From the NCBI RefSeq assembly GCF_030028105.1, contig NC_092395.1:45517346-45581345 (forward strand): a DNA stretch of 64,000 nt. The letters run 5' to 3'. This DNA comes from Mobula birostris (lineage: Eukaryota). Positions 1-13,944 of this stretch are shown in pieces. The notes below the pieces were generated by a model. The model searched no databases. It was not told the DNA's origin and saw only the letters and a list, made by a program, of their open reading frames with translations. Made by a program: the position numbers and the translations under genes. Numbering within the stretch: the first letter of the stretch is position 1; each line of letters starts with the position of its first letter.

Positions 1-570
1 AAGGCCTGAAGGTAGATAAGCCACCTGGTGCAGGTGGGCTACACCATAGAGTTATGAAGGGGGTAGTTGAAGAGATCGTGGAGGCATTAGTAATGACCTT
101 GCAAGAGTCACTAGGTTCTGGAATGGTTCTAGAGGACTGGAAAATTGCAAATGTCACCCCACTCTTTAAAAAGGGAAAGAGCAAATAGAAACTCAGTTAG
201 CTTGGCTTCCGTGATTGAGAAGATGCTGGAGAGCATGAGGTTTCTGGGTACTTCGAGGCACCTGATAAATTAGGCAGAAGATGGACATTTTCTTAAGGGG
301 AAATCTTGCCCTTCAAATCTGTTGGAATTCTTTGAGGAATTAACAAGCAGGATAGACAAGGGGTGGTATTTACTTAGATTTTCATAAAACCTTTGACAAG
401 GTACCACACATGAGGCTGCTAAACAAGATTATAGCCCGTAGTATTACAGGAAACATACTAGCAGAACTAGAATATAAAAGCAAGGATGCTATGCTGAGGT
501 TTTATAAGACACCGATCACACCGCACTTGGAGTGTTGTGAGCAGTTTTAGGCCTCTTATCTAAGGAAAGG
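1..570 (+). mobile_element. CR1 LINE ORF2 fragment (degraded, internally deleted)
   Basis: Homologous to the CR1 copy at 6.4-8.9 kb (gaggactggaaaattgcaaatgtcac, KGKSC, FDKVPHMRLLNK). Confidence 0.85.
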
Positions 571-824
571 GCTTTCCAAAACAAAGAGAAACATCACTGG
601 TGATACAAAGGATCACAACAAAGGAAATGAAAGCTTCTCTGTAATTGCAAGCACTAGAATTTCTTCAGAGCAAGAGTCTTTGTGTTACAACTTTACCAAC
701 ATTGTTAACCCTTTTATTTTATGCAGCTCCTTAATCGAAATAACACAAACTGTTGATCAACGTTAAAGGATTAACCAGTGAAATGAAAAAACAGCAGAGT
801 TAAACAGCGTGCAATTTTCCCTTC

Positions 825-1988
825 GTTTACTTAAACTAATCAGTAAACCCCAAGACCAGGGCTTCAATACCTCCTTGTGCAATTGGATCCTGGATTTCCT
901 CACTTACAGACCCCAGTCAGTTCGAATGAGCAAAAATATCTCCTCCACAATCTACATCAGCACAGGAGCACCACAGGGATATGTACTTAGTCCTCTGCTC
1001 TCCTCGCTTTACACCTATGTCTGTGTGGCTCAGTATGGCACCAACATCATATACGTACAAGTTTGCTGATGACACCACTAGTGGGCCGTACCAAAGGTGG
1101 TGGTGAATTGGCATACAGGAGGGAGATTGAAAATTTGGCAGAGTGGTGTCATAAAACAACCTCTCATTCAATGTCAGCAAGACAAAGGAACTGATTGTGG
1201 ACTTCAGGAGAGGGAAACCAAAGCATGAGCCAGTCCTCATTGGAGGATTAGAAGTGGAGAGAATCAGTAACTTTAAATTCCTGGGTGTCACTATCTCAGA
1301 GGACCCTTTGTGGACATATCATATAAATGTAATTGCAAAGAAAGCACAACAGCTCCTCTATTTCCTCAGCAGTCTGCAAAGATTCAGCATGTCATAAAAA
1401 TCCTGACAAACTTCTGTGGCTGTGTAGTGGAAAGTGTATTGACTGGCTGCATTATAGTCTGGTATGGAACACCAATGCCTTTGAATGGAAAATCCTACAA
1501 ATGGTAGTGGATTTGACCCAATACCTAACAGGTAAAGCTCTCCCAACCATTGAGCACATCTACATGAAACATTGCCGTAGAAAAGCAGCATCCATCATCA
1601 AAGATCCTCACCACCCAGACCATGCTCTTTTCTTGCTGCTGCCATCAGTTAGAAGGTATAAATGCTTCAGGACTCACATCACCAAGTTCAAGAACAGTCA
1701 TTAACCCTCAACCATCAGGCTCTTGAACAAAAGGGGACAGCTACACTCATTCTATTGCTGGTGTTCCCACAACCTATGATTTCACTTTAAGAATTCTTTA
1801 TCTTGTTATTTCATGATCATTATTTATTGCTATTTATTTATATTTGCTTTTGCACAGTTTGTTGTTCATTAATCCTGTTTACAGTTACTGTTTAATAGAT
1901 CTGCTGAGTATGCCTGCAGGAAAAAGAATTTCAGAGTTGTGTGTGGTGACATCTATGTACACTGATAATAAATTTTACTTAGAACTTT
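825..1988 (+). mobile_element. Rex1/Babar-type LINE 3' portion (RT and C-terminal domain), pseudogenised
   Basis: [67 protein letters not shown]; AATAAA and gaacttt tail. Confidence 0.85.
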
Positions 1989-4900
1989 AAATGGTGAATA
2001 TATGGGGCCCCACAGTGAGATCCACAATTTCTTACTAACTATAGCTTCCCAGTCTCAAACTTAACCAATTATCCCTTTTCTATCATTTCACCAAATTTCC
2101 ATCCATGATACAATATCACTTTATTGCCAACCCTTATTTTGCACATTAACTTTATATGTGGCATTTTAATGCATATTTTACAGAAATCTAAACAGACTAC
2201 ATCCATTGTTTCTCCATCATCCTGTTTGCTAAAAATGTACTCAAAGTTTTCTTCCATTTCTTCCGCCTCATTATATCCATAGAGGTCTAAAATGCTCATA
2301 AATTTGTCACAACCTTCCTTTCATAAAACAATTTAATTCTATCTGACCAGAATCAGGTTTATTATCACTGAGATATGGTCTAAATTCTGTTACAAAAATA
2401 AATAGTGCAGAAGATGAATAATGAAGTTGTATTCATGGGTTCCTAGGCCATTCAGAAAGCTGATGGCAATGGGGAAGGTGCAATTCTTAAGATGTTGAGT
2501 GTGGGTCTTCAGGCTCCTGTACCTACTCCCCAATGGTAGTAAAGTGAAGATGGCATGTCCTGGAAAGTGAGAGTCTTTAAAGGCGAATGCCTACTTCTTG
2601 AAGCAATGCTTCATGGAGATGTCCTTAATGGTAGGGAGGATTATGCATGTGATGGAACTCACAGAGTCTGCAGCCTCCTACAGTCTTGTGTAATGGAGGC
2701 TCCATACAAGGCTGTGATGCTACTGGTCAAAATGCTCCACAGTGCATCTGTAGAAATTTCAAATTCCTAACGGAGCGGAGTCACTGGTGTGTCGCCTTCA
2801 TGATTGTATCAATACATTGGGTGCAGGATTGAGTACTTCCAATAGTTACTTCAGTTTATTTTGGGCTACAGTTCTCTGCTTTTACTCTCTTCCTTTCTTG
2901 AATAATATACTACAGTCTGCAGGAACCTTTCCAAGGTCTAGGGAATTTTAAAAGAAAGCCGCTATGACAGTATCAACAACAACAGCAAAATAAGTCCCAT
3001 ACCTCCCTTCTACCTACAAATGTGCACAGTTCTCCAACCTCAAGACAGACTGTTGACTTCGACCTACAGCCTCCTGAGGACTCTGACTCATACTCGACAT
3101 GCAGACATTGGGCTTTCAATTACCCCAGCAGGCTTGCTGTTGCTGGTTTATTGCTTGTTGTGTTCTGTGCTGCTCTGATGAGCATGTTGGAGTCAGAATG
3201 TGTGGCATCACTTGTAGGCTGCTCCCAGCACACCCTTTGGTGGGTTAGCTGTTAGAGCAAGCAACACATTTCACTGTACGTTTCAATGTACATGTGATAA
3301 ATAAATATGAAATTTGATTCTTGAATCCTTCCAGAGGAAAGATGTCATTAAACTGGAAAGAATGCAGAAATTCATGTGGATGTTGCTGGGACTGGAGGAC
3401 TGAGTAATGGAGTGAGGTTGAGCAGGCTGGGATATTTTCATTGGAATGTAGGAGAGTGAGGGGTTGATCTTACAGAGATGTATGAAATCATAAGGAACAT
3501 AGAGAGTCTCGGTGCACAATTGGTTCAGGGAATCAAGAAATAGGGGACATAGGTTTGAGGTGAGGCAACTTTTTCACCCAGGATGTGGTCAGTATATGGA
3601 AAGAGCTGCCAGAGGATATTGTTGAGGCAGGCACATTAACAGCTTTTAAAAGGAACTTGGATAAGTACCTGAAGAGGAAACGTTTGAAGGGATATGGGCC
3701 AAACCAAGGCTATTGGGAGAAGCTTAGACAGATTTTTGTGCTGAAGAACCTATTTCCTGCTGTATGACTCTATGACTGAGAAACATTCCAGAGTAAACAA
3801 AGGGCTAAAGTATAATTAGCATCTTTTCTGTATAGTTGTTCAATGTCACATCAGTCATGGTGATCTGATTTCATATTTTACAGCTTGTTCCTCACTCCGC
3901 GTCATCTGTATTCAGTTGCATCACATTGGGTTCAGCTCTCATTTGCAATAGTGATAGGCCTGTTACAGTTCTTTGCTTTGTAGATTGCTGCTTCAGTGTG
4001 GTCATGATGTGTCAGCTTCTGCCATTAATAGCATGCATGGCTTTCTGGCAACACACCACACTCTCCATCAGCTTCATTACTCTGTTAGTTTTACACATTT
4101 TCCCTCACTTATTTAACAGCTTGGCTGCTTTAGCTTTCCTGAGATGTTCTGGTGAATGCAAATTTACACTGCTTCACCACAAATGTCATAACATCCATAA
4201 TACTTCATCTCATGGTTGAGTTAAAAGCAAACCATATTTCAGCTGTTATTAGAATACTTGTTGATATACCCTAGATCATGTCACTTTGAGCAGCATTTCT
4301 TGACTCTACATCTATTTTTTCACTGACTCACTGTCAGGATCTCATATTACTGGATCTCCTGCCTACAGCAAGGACTTTTGAAGAAATTTCTTTTGGATCA
4401 GTTATGATTTCTATAGTTAGGAATGTGGGGCAACTTACAGCATGATAGATTTAGTAATTTAGTAAATTGGTTTATTATTGTCAACATGTACCAAGCTAGA
4501 GTGCAAATCATTGTTTTGCATGCTGTCAATAGAAGTCATTTCATCACATCAGTCCATTGAGGTAGCACAACAGAAAGGCAACAAATGAGTCGAGAATAAA
4601 GTGTTACGTTTACAGAAAGTATGCAATATAGGTAGACAATAAAACGCAAGGAAATAACAAGGTACATTGAGAGGCCGAAGTTCCAACTTATCATGCAACA
4701 GTGAGATAGAAGCTATCCTTGAGCTTGGTGGTACTTGCTTTCAGGCTGTTGTATCTTCTGGAAGTGAGAGAAGAGAGGATGTCTGGAGTGGGGGAGGTGG
4801 TTTGACTAACTTAGCTCCTTTACTAAGGCGGGCGGGAAGTGCAGACTGAGTATATGGAAAGGAGGCTGGGTTTTGTGATATACTGACCTGTGTGCACACA

Positions 4901-6359
4901 TCTGCAGTTTCTTGCAGTCATGGGTAGAGCGGTTGCCATGGCAAACCATGATGCATCTAGATATGATGCTTTCTATAGTGCATTTATAAAAAATGGTGAA
5001 GTTCAACAGATTGGTGATGGTTCATGCCCAATTCTTTAAGCCTTCTGAGGAAGTAGAGACTTTACATGACGTCCATGTGGTTCGACCAGAGCAAGTTTCA
5101 GCTAATATTCACTCCTAAGAGTTTATAGCTCTTAACCCTCTGGTCTTCATTGATATAGACAGGAGAATGTACACAAACCCTTCCTGCAGTTATTGACCAT
5201 CTCATTTGTTTTGCTGGCACTGAGGAAAGGGTTGTTGTCATGACACCACGTCATAATGTTCTCTAGCTCCTTCCTGTACTCCTACTCATCATAATTTGAG
5301 ATTAGCCCTACTATGGTGACCTCATCCGCAGACTTGTAGATGGAATTAGAACAGAATCTGGTCACGCATTTGTGAGTGTATTAGGAGGAAATTATGAGAC
5401 TGAGAATGCCCCTGTAGGGGGCAGCAGTGTAGGGAATAACGGTGGCGGAGGTTCTGCTGACTTTTGTAACTGACTGCAGTCTGTTGGATGGAAGTCAAGG
5501 GTACATTCGCACAGAGAGATGTTGAGTCCAAATACTATGAAATTGTATTTGAGGTTGCTTGGAATTATAGTATTAAAGGTGGAGCTGCAGTCAATAAATT
5601 CAAATTCAAGTTCAAGTGTAATTATTCAACCATACATGAATACCCTTGAATACAGCCAAACAAGATGACGTTCCTTCGGGACCAAGGTACCAAACACAGT
5701 ACCAACAATCATACACAGCACAAAGCATGTATAGCTCATATGTACAGCCACACTAAAAAGTGTATTATAGCCCAAGTCCCTGTGACATGTCCTATAAATT
5801 GATGGTGTATGGGTAATATCATCTAAAACGAGCTGTTCTTAGCAGTTCACAGATGAACGCACACATGCACACACGCATATATTTCATCTTGTCATCCCAC
5901 CAACTGAACACCGGAGAGCAACACTGACAAGAATGGCCAGCTCCCTACCCAGCATGGTTGCCACGGTACACTGTCTCCAGAATCTCCTCTCCTGGACTAT
6001 TGCAACAGGCTAGCCTGCGGCTCGAGGCCTAGTCCTCGCTTCAGCCAAAGCCACGCAGTTCCCTCACTGTCTGTCTTGCCAAGAAACAAGGGAAATTAAT
6101 GTTCAACATGGTCTTGCAGTTGCAAGAGAAACATCCAAGATGATCACTTGCTGTTGGGCTGCACACCAACTTCACGCATCAATTCCAATGTCTTCCTGTG
6201 GCAGGCAAAAACATGGTCCACACCAATCCAGATCCTCTGCCAACGAACAGCTCACTGATGGGATAAACCTATGGTACCTGAAGTTCTTAATGTCTAGCAA
6301 TCGTGAAAAAGACGAATAGTACATTTTCTTGGCCTCCGATAGGCCACTGCGTCCAAAAT

Positions 6360-8862
6360 GGCATGAGAGAGGAACTGGCCAGAGTTGACTGGAAAGAGAC
6401 ACTAGCGGGAAGGACAGCAGAGCAGCAGTGGCTGGAGTTTATGCGAGAAGTGAGGAAGGTGCAAGACAGGTATATTCCAAAAAAGAAAAAATTTTCGAAT
6501 GGAAAAGGATGCAGCCGTGGCTGACAAGAGAAGTCAAAGCTAAAGTTAAAGCAAAGGAGAGGGCATACTAGGAAGCAAAAATTAGTGGGAAGACAGAGGA
6601 TTGGGAAGTTTTTAAAAGCTTACAAAAGGAAACTAATGCGGTCATTTAGAGGGAAAAGATGAACTATGAAAGGAAGCTAGCAGATAATATCAAAGAGGAT
6701 ACTAAAAGCTTTTCCAAGTATATAGAGAGTAAAAGACAGGTGAGAGTAGATATAGGACTGATAGAAAATGATGCTGGAGAAATTGTGATGGGAGATAAGG
6801 AGATGGCGGAGGAACTGAACGAGTATTTTGCATCAGTCTTCACTGAGGAAGACATCAGCAGTATACCGGACACTCAAGGGTGGCAGGGAAGAGAAGTGTG
6901 CACAGTCACAATTATGACAGAGAAAGTATTCAGGAAGCTGAATAGTCTAATGTAGATAAATCTCCCGGACCAGATGAAATGCACCCTCGTGTTCTGAAGG
7001 AAGTAGCTGTGGAGATTGCGGAGGCATTAACGATGATCTTTCAAAAGTCGATAGATTCTGGCAACACACATAAAAGTTGCTGGTGAACGCAGCAGGCCAG
7101 GCAGCATCTCTAGGAAGAGGTGCAGTCGACGTTTCATAGAAACATAGAAAACATAGAAACATAGAAAATAGGTGCAGGAGTAGACCATCCGGCCCTTCGA
7201 GCCTGCACCGCCATTTATTATGATCATGGCTGATCATCCAACTCAGTTTCAGACCGAGACCCTTCGTCTGCACCTCTTCCTAGAGATGCCGCCTGGCCTG
7301 CTGCGTTCACCAGCAACTTTTATGTGTGTTGCTTGAATTTCCAGCATCTGCAGAATTCCTGTTGTTTTAGATAGATTCTGGCATGGTTCCGGAGGACTGG
7401 AAGATTGAAAATGTCACTCTGCTATTTAAGAAGGGGGCAAGGAAGCAAAAAGGAAATTATAGACCTGTGAGCTTGACATCGGTGGTTGGGAAGTTGTTGA
7501 AGTCGATTGTCAAGGATGAGGTTACAGAGTACCTGGAGGCATATGACAATATAGGCAGAACTCAGCATGGATTCCTTAAAGGAAAATCTTGCCTGACAAA
7601 CCTATTACAATTTTTTGAGGAAATTACAAGTAGGCTAGATAAGGGAGATGCAGTGGATGTTATATATTTGGCTTTTCAGAAGGCCTTTGACAAGGTGCCA
7701 CACATGAGGCTACTTAACAAGATAAGAGTCCATGGAATTACGGGAAAGTTACATACGTGGATAGAGCGTTGGCTGATTGGCAGGAAACAGAGAGTGGGAA
7801 TAAAGGGATCCTATTCTGGTTGGCTGCCGGTTACCAGTGGTGTTCCACAATGGTCCGTGTTGGGGCCGCTGATTTCTACATTGTACATCAATGATTTGAA
7901 CTATGGAATAGATGGCTTTGTGGCTAAGTTTGCTGACGATACACAGGTAGGTGGAGGGGCTGATAGTGTTGAGGAAACAGAGGGTCTGCAGAGAGACTTG
8001 AATAGATTGGAAGAATGGGCAAAGAAGCGGCAAATGAAATTCAATGTTGGAAAGTGTATGGTTATGCACTTTGGCAGAAGAAATAAACGGACAGACTATT
8101 ATTTTAAATGGGGAGAGAATTCAAAATTCTGAGATGCAACGGGACTTGGGAGTCCTAGTACAGGATACCCTTAAGGTTAACCTCCAGGTTGAGTCGGTGG
8201 TGAAGAAGGTGAATGCAATGTTGGCATTCATTTCTAGAGGAATAGAGTACAGGAGCAGGGATGTGTTGTTGAGACTCTATAAGGCGCTGGTGAGACCTCA
8301 CTTGGAGTACTGTGGGCAGTTTTGGTCTCCTTATTTAAGAAAGGATGTGCTGATGTTGGAGAGGGTACAGAGAAGACTCACAAGAATGATTCCGGGAATG
8401 AGAGGGTTAACATATGAGGAACGTTTGTCCACTCTTGGACTGTATTCCTTAGAGTTTAGAAGAATGAGGGGGGACCTCATAGAAACATTTCGAATGTTGA
8501 AAGGCATGGACAGAGTGTATGTGTCAAAGTTGTTTCCTATGATGGGGGAGTCTAGTACGAGAGGGCATGACTTAAAGATTGAAGGGTGCCCATTCAGAAC
8601 AGAGATGCGAAGAAACTTTTTTAGTCAGAGGGTGGTGAATCTATAGAATTTGTTTCCATGGGCGGCAGTGGAAGCCAAGTCATTGGGTGTATTTAAGGCA
8701 GAGATTGATAAGTATCTGAGTAGCCAGGGCATCAAAGGTTATGATGAGAAGGCAGGGGAGTGGGACTAAATGGGAGAATGGATCAGCTCATGGTAAAATG
8801 GTGGAGCAGACTCGATGGGCTGAATGGCCGACTTTTGCTCCAATGTCTTATGGTCTTATGGT
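6360..8862 (+). mobile_element. CR1 LINE, 5'-truncated ORF2 (RT) with frameshifts
   Basis: ORFs 7383-8132 and 8044-8646: NYRPVSLTS, QHGF.KGKSCLTNL, AFDKVPH, SGVPQ.SVLGP, KFADDT, LYKALVRPHLEY; tail tcttatgg repeats. Confidence 0.95.
7064..7369. mobile_element. Penelope-derived foldback element inserted in a CR1, itself carrying a short CR1 3'-end insertion
   Basis: 14-bp TSD gatagattctggca (7050-7063 / 7370-7383); 65-bp inverted arms 7061-7125 / 7268-7332 with 1 mismatch; internal CR1 tail (catagaaa repeats) 7137-7245 flanked by a gtttca duplication. Confidence 0.85.
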
Positions 8863-9439
8863 CAGAAGTAAATTGTAGTCTGACGTAGATATCTTCACTG
8901 ACCTGATGCTCAAGAGATGAGTGTACGGTCAGGGAGATGGCATCCACAGTGGACCTGTTTCAGCAGTAGGTGAATTGCAGTAGGACAGGATTGCCTGAGA
9001 GGCTAGAGTTAATGTGTGTCACAACTAGCCTCTCGAAGCACTTTGTGATATTGCGTGTTAGAGCAACTGTGCTACTATGCAGTTGTTATTAAAGCACATT
9101 TTTTAATACCAGGATGATAATCTTTTTAAAGCAGGTGGAAACCAGAAATTTAGAGGAAGGAAAAGTGTAGGAATAGTTGGTATTGTCTCAACATTGCTGT
9201 CCAAGATCTGCACCGGATTTTCAGAAAAGATGTGGGTGAAGGAGTAACAATCAGATATTTAGGTTTGATAATGATATAATGTTTAATTCAGGCAGCAGCA
9301 AACACACAGGCAGTAAATTAAGTGAGTGAGCAAACCTTCGGCAAAGGGAATCTCTTACAGGAAAGAGTGTGGTCATCCATTTCGTACTTAAAAATTATAT
9401 ATAAAAATGTGATATAAGTTGGAAGTAGAAGCAAAGAAA

Positions 9440-11440
9440 CGTAGAACATAGAATATTACAGCACCATACATGCCTTCAGTCCACGATGTTTTGCAGACCT
9501 TTTAACCTACTCTAAGATTACTCTAAACTTCTCTCTCACAAAGCCCTCCATTTTCTATCATCCACATGCCTAACAATCTCTTAAATGTCCCTATGTATTT
9601 GCCTCTTCCACCATCCCTGGCAGGGCATTCCAGACACCCACCATTCTCTGCAAAATAAAAATTACCTGTGACATTTTCCTCTATATTTTCCTCCAATCAC
9701 CTTAAAATCATGCCCCCTCATATTGCCCATTTTTGCCTTGTGAAAATGTCTTTGGCTATCCCCCCGACCCATGCCTTTTATCATCTTGTACACCTCTATC
9801 AAATCACCTCTCATCCTCCTTCACTCCAGAGAGAAAAGCACTAAGTCACTCAACCTATCCTTATAAATCATGGCTCTCTAGTCCAGGCAGCATCCTGGTA
9901 AATCTTCCCTGCATCCTCTCTAAACTTTCTTCATCTTTTTTATAGTGAGGCGACCAGAACTGAACACAAGTGTGATCTAACCAGAGCTTTAGAGGAACGC
10001 GACATTTCCTCACCGCTCTTGAACTCAGTCCAACACACAATATACCTTCTTAACCACCTTATCAACTCGTGCTGCAACTTGAGTGGTCCTTAGATATGAA
10101 CCCCAAAATCCCTCTGTTCCTCCTGCCATTAACCCTGTATTCTCCTTCCAAGTTCAACCTTTCGACTTGAATTATTTCACACTTTTCCATTGTGACCTCT
10201 CAGCCCAACTGCAGACCCTGTCAGTGTCCCATTGCAGCCTATAGCAATCCTGAACTGCACCAGCCTGTGTGTCATTTGTAAACTAGCCTACACTTCCACC
10301 TCCTCATCTAAGTCATCCTTAAAAATCACAAAGAGCTGTGATCCCAGAACAGATCGTTACGGAACACCACTAGTCCCCGAACTCCAGACAGAATCCGTTC
10401 CAACTGCAGGCTCTTTCTGCCTTCTATGGGCAAGCCAATTCTGAATCCGCAAAGCCAAGTTTTCTTGGATCCCATGCCTCCTGACGTTTTGAATGAGTCT
10501 ACCATGGAAAACCTTGTCAAATGCCTTACTAAAATCTATCTACACCACATCCACTGCTCCATCTTCTTCAATGTGCTTTGTTACATCCTCTAAGAATTCA
10601 ATTGGGCTCATGAGGCATGACCTGCCCCTCACAACCATGATGTCTATCCCTAATCAGACTGTGTTTCTCCAAATGCCTGTTAATCCTATCTTTAAATCCT
10701 TCTCCAATAATTTGCCCACCACTGAAGTGAGACTGTTTATAATTCCCAGAGTTACTGCTACTACCTTTCTTGAACAAAGGAATAACATCTGCTACCTTCC
10801 AACCATCTGGTACTAGTCCTATGGCTAGTGAGAACACAAAGATCATTGCCAAAGGGCAGTAGTCTCTTCCCTCACTTCCTGTAGTAACCTGGGGTATATC
10901 CCATCCAGTGCCAGGGACCTATCTACCCTAATATTTTTCAACAGATCCGGCATGACCTCTTTCTTAACACCTACATGTTCCAGCATATTACCTTGTTTTA
11001 CGCCATCCCCTCAATCAACAAGGTCGCTCGCACTGTTGAATGCGAAAGAAAAGTATTGATTAAGGGCCTCCTCTACTTCCTCTGACTCCAGGTGCATATT
11101 TCCTTCACTAGCCCTTAAGTCTTGTTTCAGTGATTGTTCCTACCCTCACTCGAACCATCCTCCTGATCTTCACATACATGTAGAATCTCTTGGGCTTTTT
11201 CTTAATCCTACTTGCCAAAGCCTTCTCATATCCATTTCCAACTCTCCTAATTCCATTCTCCAGCTCCTTCCTGGTTACCTTATAAGTCTCTAGAGCCCTA
11301 TCTGATCCTTGCTTCCTAAACCTTAAGTAAGCTTCTTTCTTCCTCTTGACTAGATGTTCCACATCTCTTGTCAACCATGGTTCATACAACCTACCATCCT
11401 TTCCCTACGTCAGTGTGCCAGACCTGTTCAGAGTAGTCTG
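9440..11440 (-). mobile_element. CR1 LINE, degraded
   Basis: Minus-strand VPDGWKVADVIPLFKKG..NPG-like and EPWLTRDVEHLVKRKKEAY; catagaa tail at ~9445. Confidence 0.85.
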
Positions 11441-11797
11441 ACCACTCAAACTGAGTAAAATATCTTTCTCAGATTGTCTATTGGTGGGCTCTTGGGTGGC
11501 TACAGATGCCGATCCAGGATCCACATATTCTGGTGCAGTGTGGACACGAGTAAGTGGTGGCTGTGGTTAATGTTTGGGTCTTTTCATTACTCAGTCTTTC
11601 CTTACACAGCTGCCGCTTGTTCTGTGTACCGCAGCAGAGGTCACTCCCATGTAGCACTGCTGCCTTGGGAACAGTGTTGGTTTAGACTTTAATTGTTATT
11701 TTCTTTCCAGTTTAGTAATCAATTTCCTGGTGTATTCTTTAACTACTTAATTACATATAACTATTTAGTAGGTTTCCTAGTGGCCACAGTATGAATA

Positions 11798-12140
11798 TGT
11801 TGATGTTCAGTGTGTCCCCTAGTGGATACGTTTGTAAGATTCTGTAAGCTCTGGAAGGTTCTCTGGTGCTGCATTATTTGAATAGGAGCTGCCTGATTGG
11901 CTAACTCTTATCTGCAAAGGAATGTTTCTTATCTATAGGTATAAAAAGATCTGACTGTGTGGTGGTATCTTTTTTTGCTGCTTCTCTCCCTGCTGCGACT
12001 AACCTCTGCTCTTGTTACGGTCCATTTTTGATTTTTCTTTGTTCAAATAACGATTAATAAAATTATTGTGAAATATCAGATTTTGCACTTCTTTCCTGAC
12101 TTCTGAAAGAAACTTGGATGAAAAACACAAGAATCCAACA
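11798..12140 (+). mobile_element. LTR followed by a tRNA-Ser-like primer binding site (12144-12161) and degraded internal sequence
   Basis: TGTTG...CAACA termini; TATAAAAA at 11940-11947; AATAAA at 12056-12061; TGGTGTATTTAGCAGGAT matches 14/18 to the complement of a tRNA-Ser 3' end (TGGCGTAGTCGGCAGGAT, recalled). Confidence 0.65.
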
Positions 12141-13944
12141 ATCTGGTGTATTTAGCAGGATGTTTGCAAAGACTTAAGGACTTTGAAAGAATCGCAGATG
12201 GAGTGGAAATTTTTAGTACACAAACAAAGGAGGTTAGAGCTTCTCCTAATTCTAAACTGAGAATCGACTAGTTCTGGCTTTAGTACATCTTCGGATGGAA
12301 GTTAGGATTGAGGAAGTACTACATTGCTATTTTTTTAATCTGTAAAAATTAAATATGTGCAAGTGGTGGAGTGTGGAAATATTCAAATACATGCAATCCA
12401 GTGGAGCACAAAAAAAATGAAATTCATTCATTCAAGCGATGGGGCACAATACGTGTAAGCCAGTGGAGTGTGTGAGACAAATTTGGTTCGTTGGATAACC
12501 TATTAAAATTTTGGTTGCAATCTGTTAATATTTTGCGATCACAGTCAAAGTAATGAAAAATATATACAATTAAAATAACAGCCAAAGTGACATAACCTAC
12601 TATAAACTCTTACCTAAATAATACATATCAGTTTGATAAAATTAATGAAAAAGCCCAGATGAAAGTCCAGGTATATGGAGGAACTTAAGGTGGGGGGTAA
12701 TATGGGAGGCAGGGTTTGAGGGTCGACACACCATTGTGGACCGAAGGGCCTGTAATGTGCTGTACTATTCTATGAAATATACCAACAAAGTTAAGTTTAT
12801 TAAACAGGCATGTGATCAGATCCAGAGAATGCCTGAGGAAAAGGTAAAATCTGCAATTGTGAGCTAAGATTGACTGAATGTGCAACCAAATGAAAAAATT
12901 AACTCAGCAAGTAAAAACTTTTACTAATTGATTGGTAAAGGAATGCAAAACCTGCAATAAACTACAAAAATGATATGATATAGGCAATAAAATGTCTAAA
13001 GAACAAATCTCTGAATTAAATGAATGAACAGAAAAACAACACAATAAATGTAATCAACTCAGTGAAATGTACAGATCTTCAAGGCAACAGTGAGTAGTCA
13101 ATCTCTTTTCTTGATGAAACAGCTATTTGTTCATCTGTGAGACACCAGTCTCATCGGCAAAAGGCAATTCTACAGGTCTCTGGGATACCCAACAGTTCGA
13201 TGGCTTCTGTGATCCAAGTGTCACCTAACAATTTGTCCATCGTCAACTCAAGTTCTGCTACCTGACCGTTATAATGCTGAGCGACAGCCAGTGGCCAGTT
13301 TTCTTCTTGCAAGATGCTAGTGTAGAATTTGTCTCTGGCACCAAAACATTTGCAGCATGGTGTACATAATGTTTTTTTTTGTTTTATAGCCTCTTGCTTG
13401 CCACAAATTTGCTCCTGGACGGCTGGTTGTAGGAGATCTAATATGGTGTGCAAGGTGCACTTACCGAGGTGATGGATGACCCAGTATCCAACTCGATTTT
13501 CATGGCCTGGTTGTCCACTGTGAGTGCAACCAAGTAAGGAGGCTGGTTTCTGTGGCCCAAGTCAGGAGTTTGGAAAATAGTGTCCACTTCTTAGCTCCAG
13601 CCATCTCCTTGCGTGGAGCTAGTGGTTGAAATCTTAAATTTCCACATGGTGTGTTGCTTAGGAAAGCACACATTCTCGAGCTGCCCTGCCTCCTGACAAA
13701 ACCAACCAGCAGACTGTCCTTTGATGCTTGTATTCAGATCACTGGGCCTGACTTTCACCACAGTGGGAACATCTCTCTGGATACATGTGATTGTAGGTTG
13801 CCGGGCAGTATCTGCTGGCAAACATTGACATTTTCAGGAGGGGCCTCTTGCTCCAGAACTGCCTGTTTCATTTGGTGATGAAGGTGGCTGAATCCGTGTA
13901 CGGCCTCTCTGGACTGCCAGAGAGACAGCCTCTCTGGACTGCCA

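Larger units (their letters stand above)
4440..9150 (-). mobile_element. Rex1/Babar-type LINE interrupted by nested insertions (5600-8862)
   Basis: Minus-strand FYKCTIESIISRCIMVCHG; sequence breaks at cagtcaataaa (~5598) and resumes at ~8870 (tagtctgacgtag). Confidence 0.7.

Noticed and set aside
3780-4440. Possible decayed retroviral gag with a zinc knuckle on the minus strand
   Set aside because: Only a weak CY.ICGE-like resemblance with many stops; not supportable without a search.
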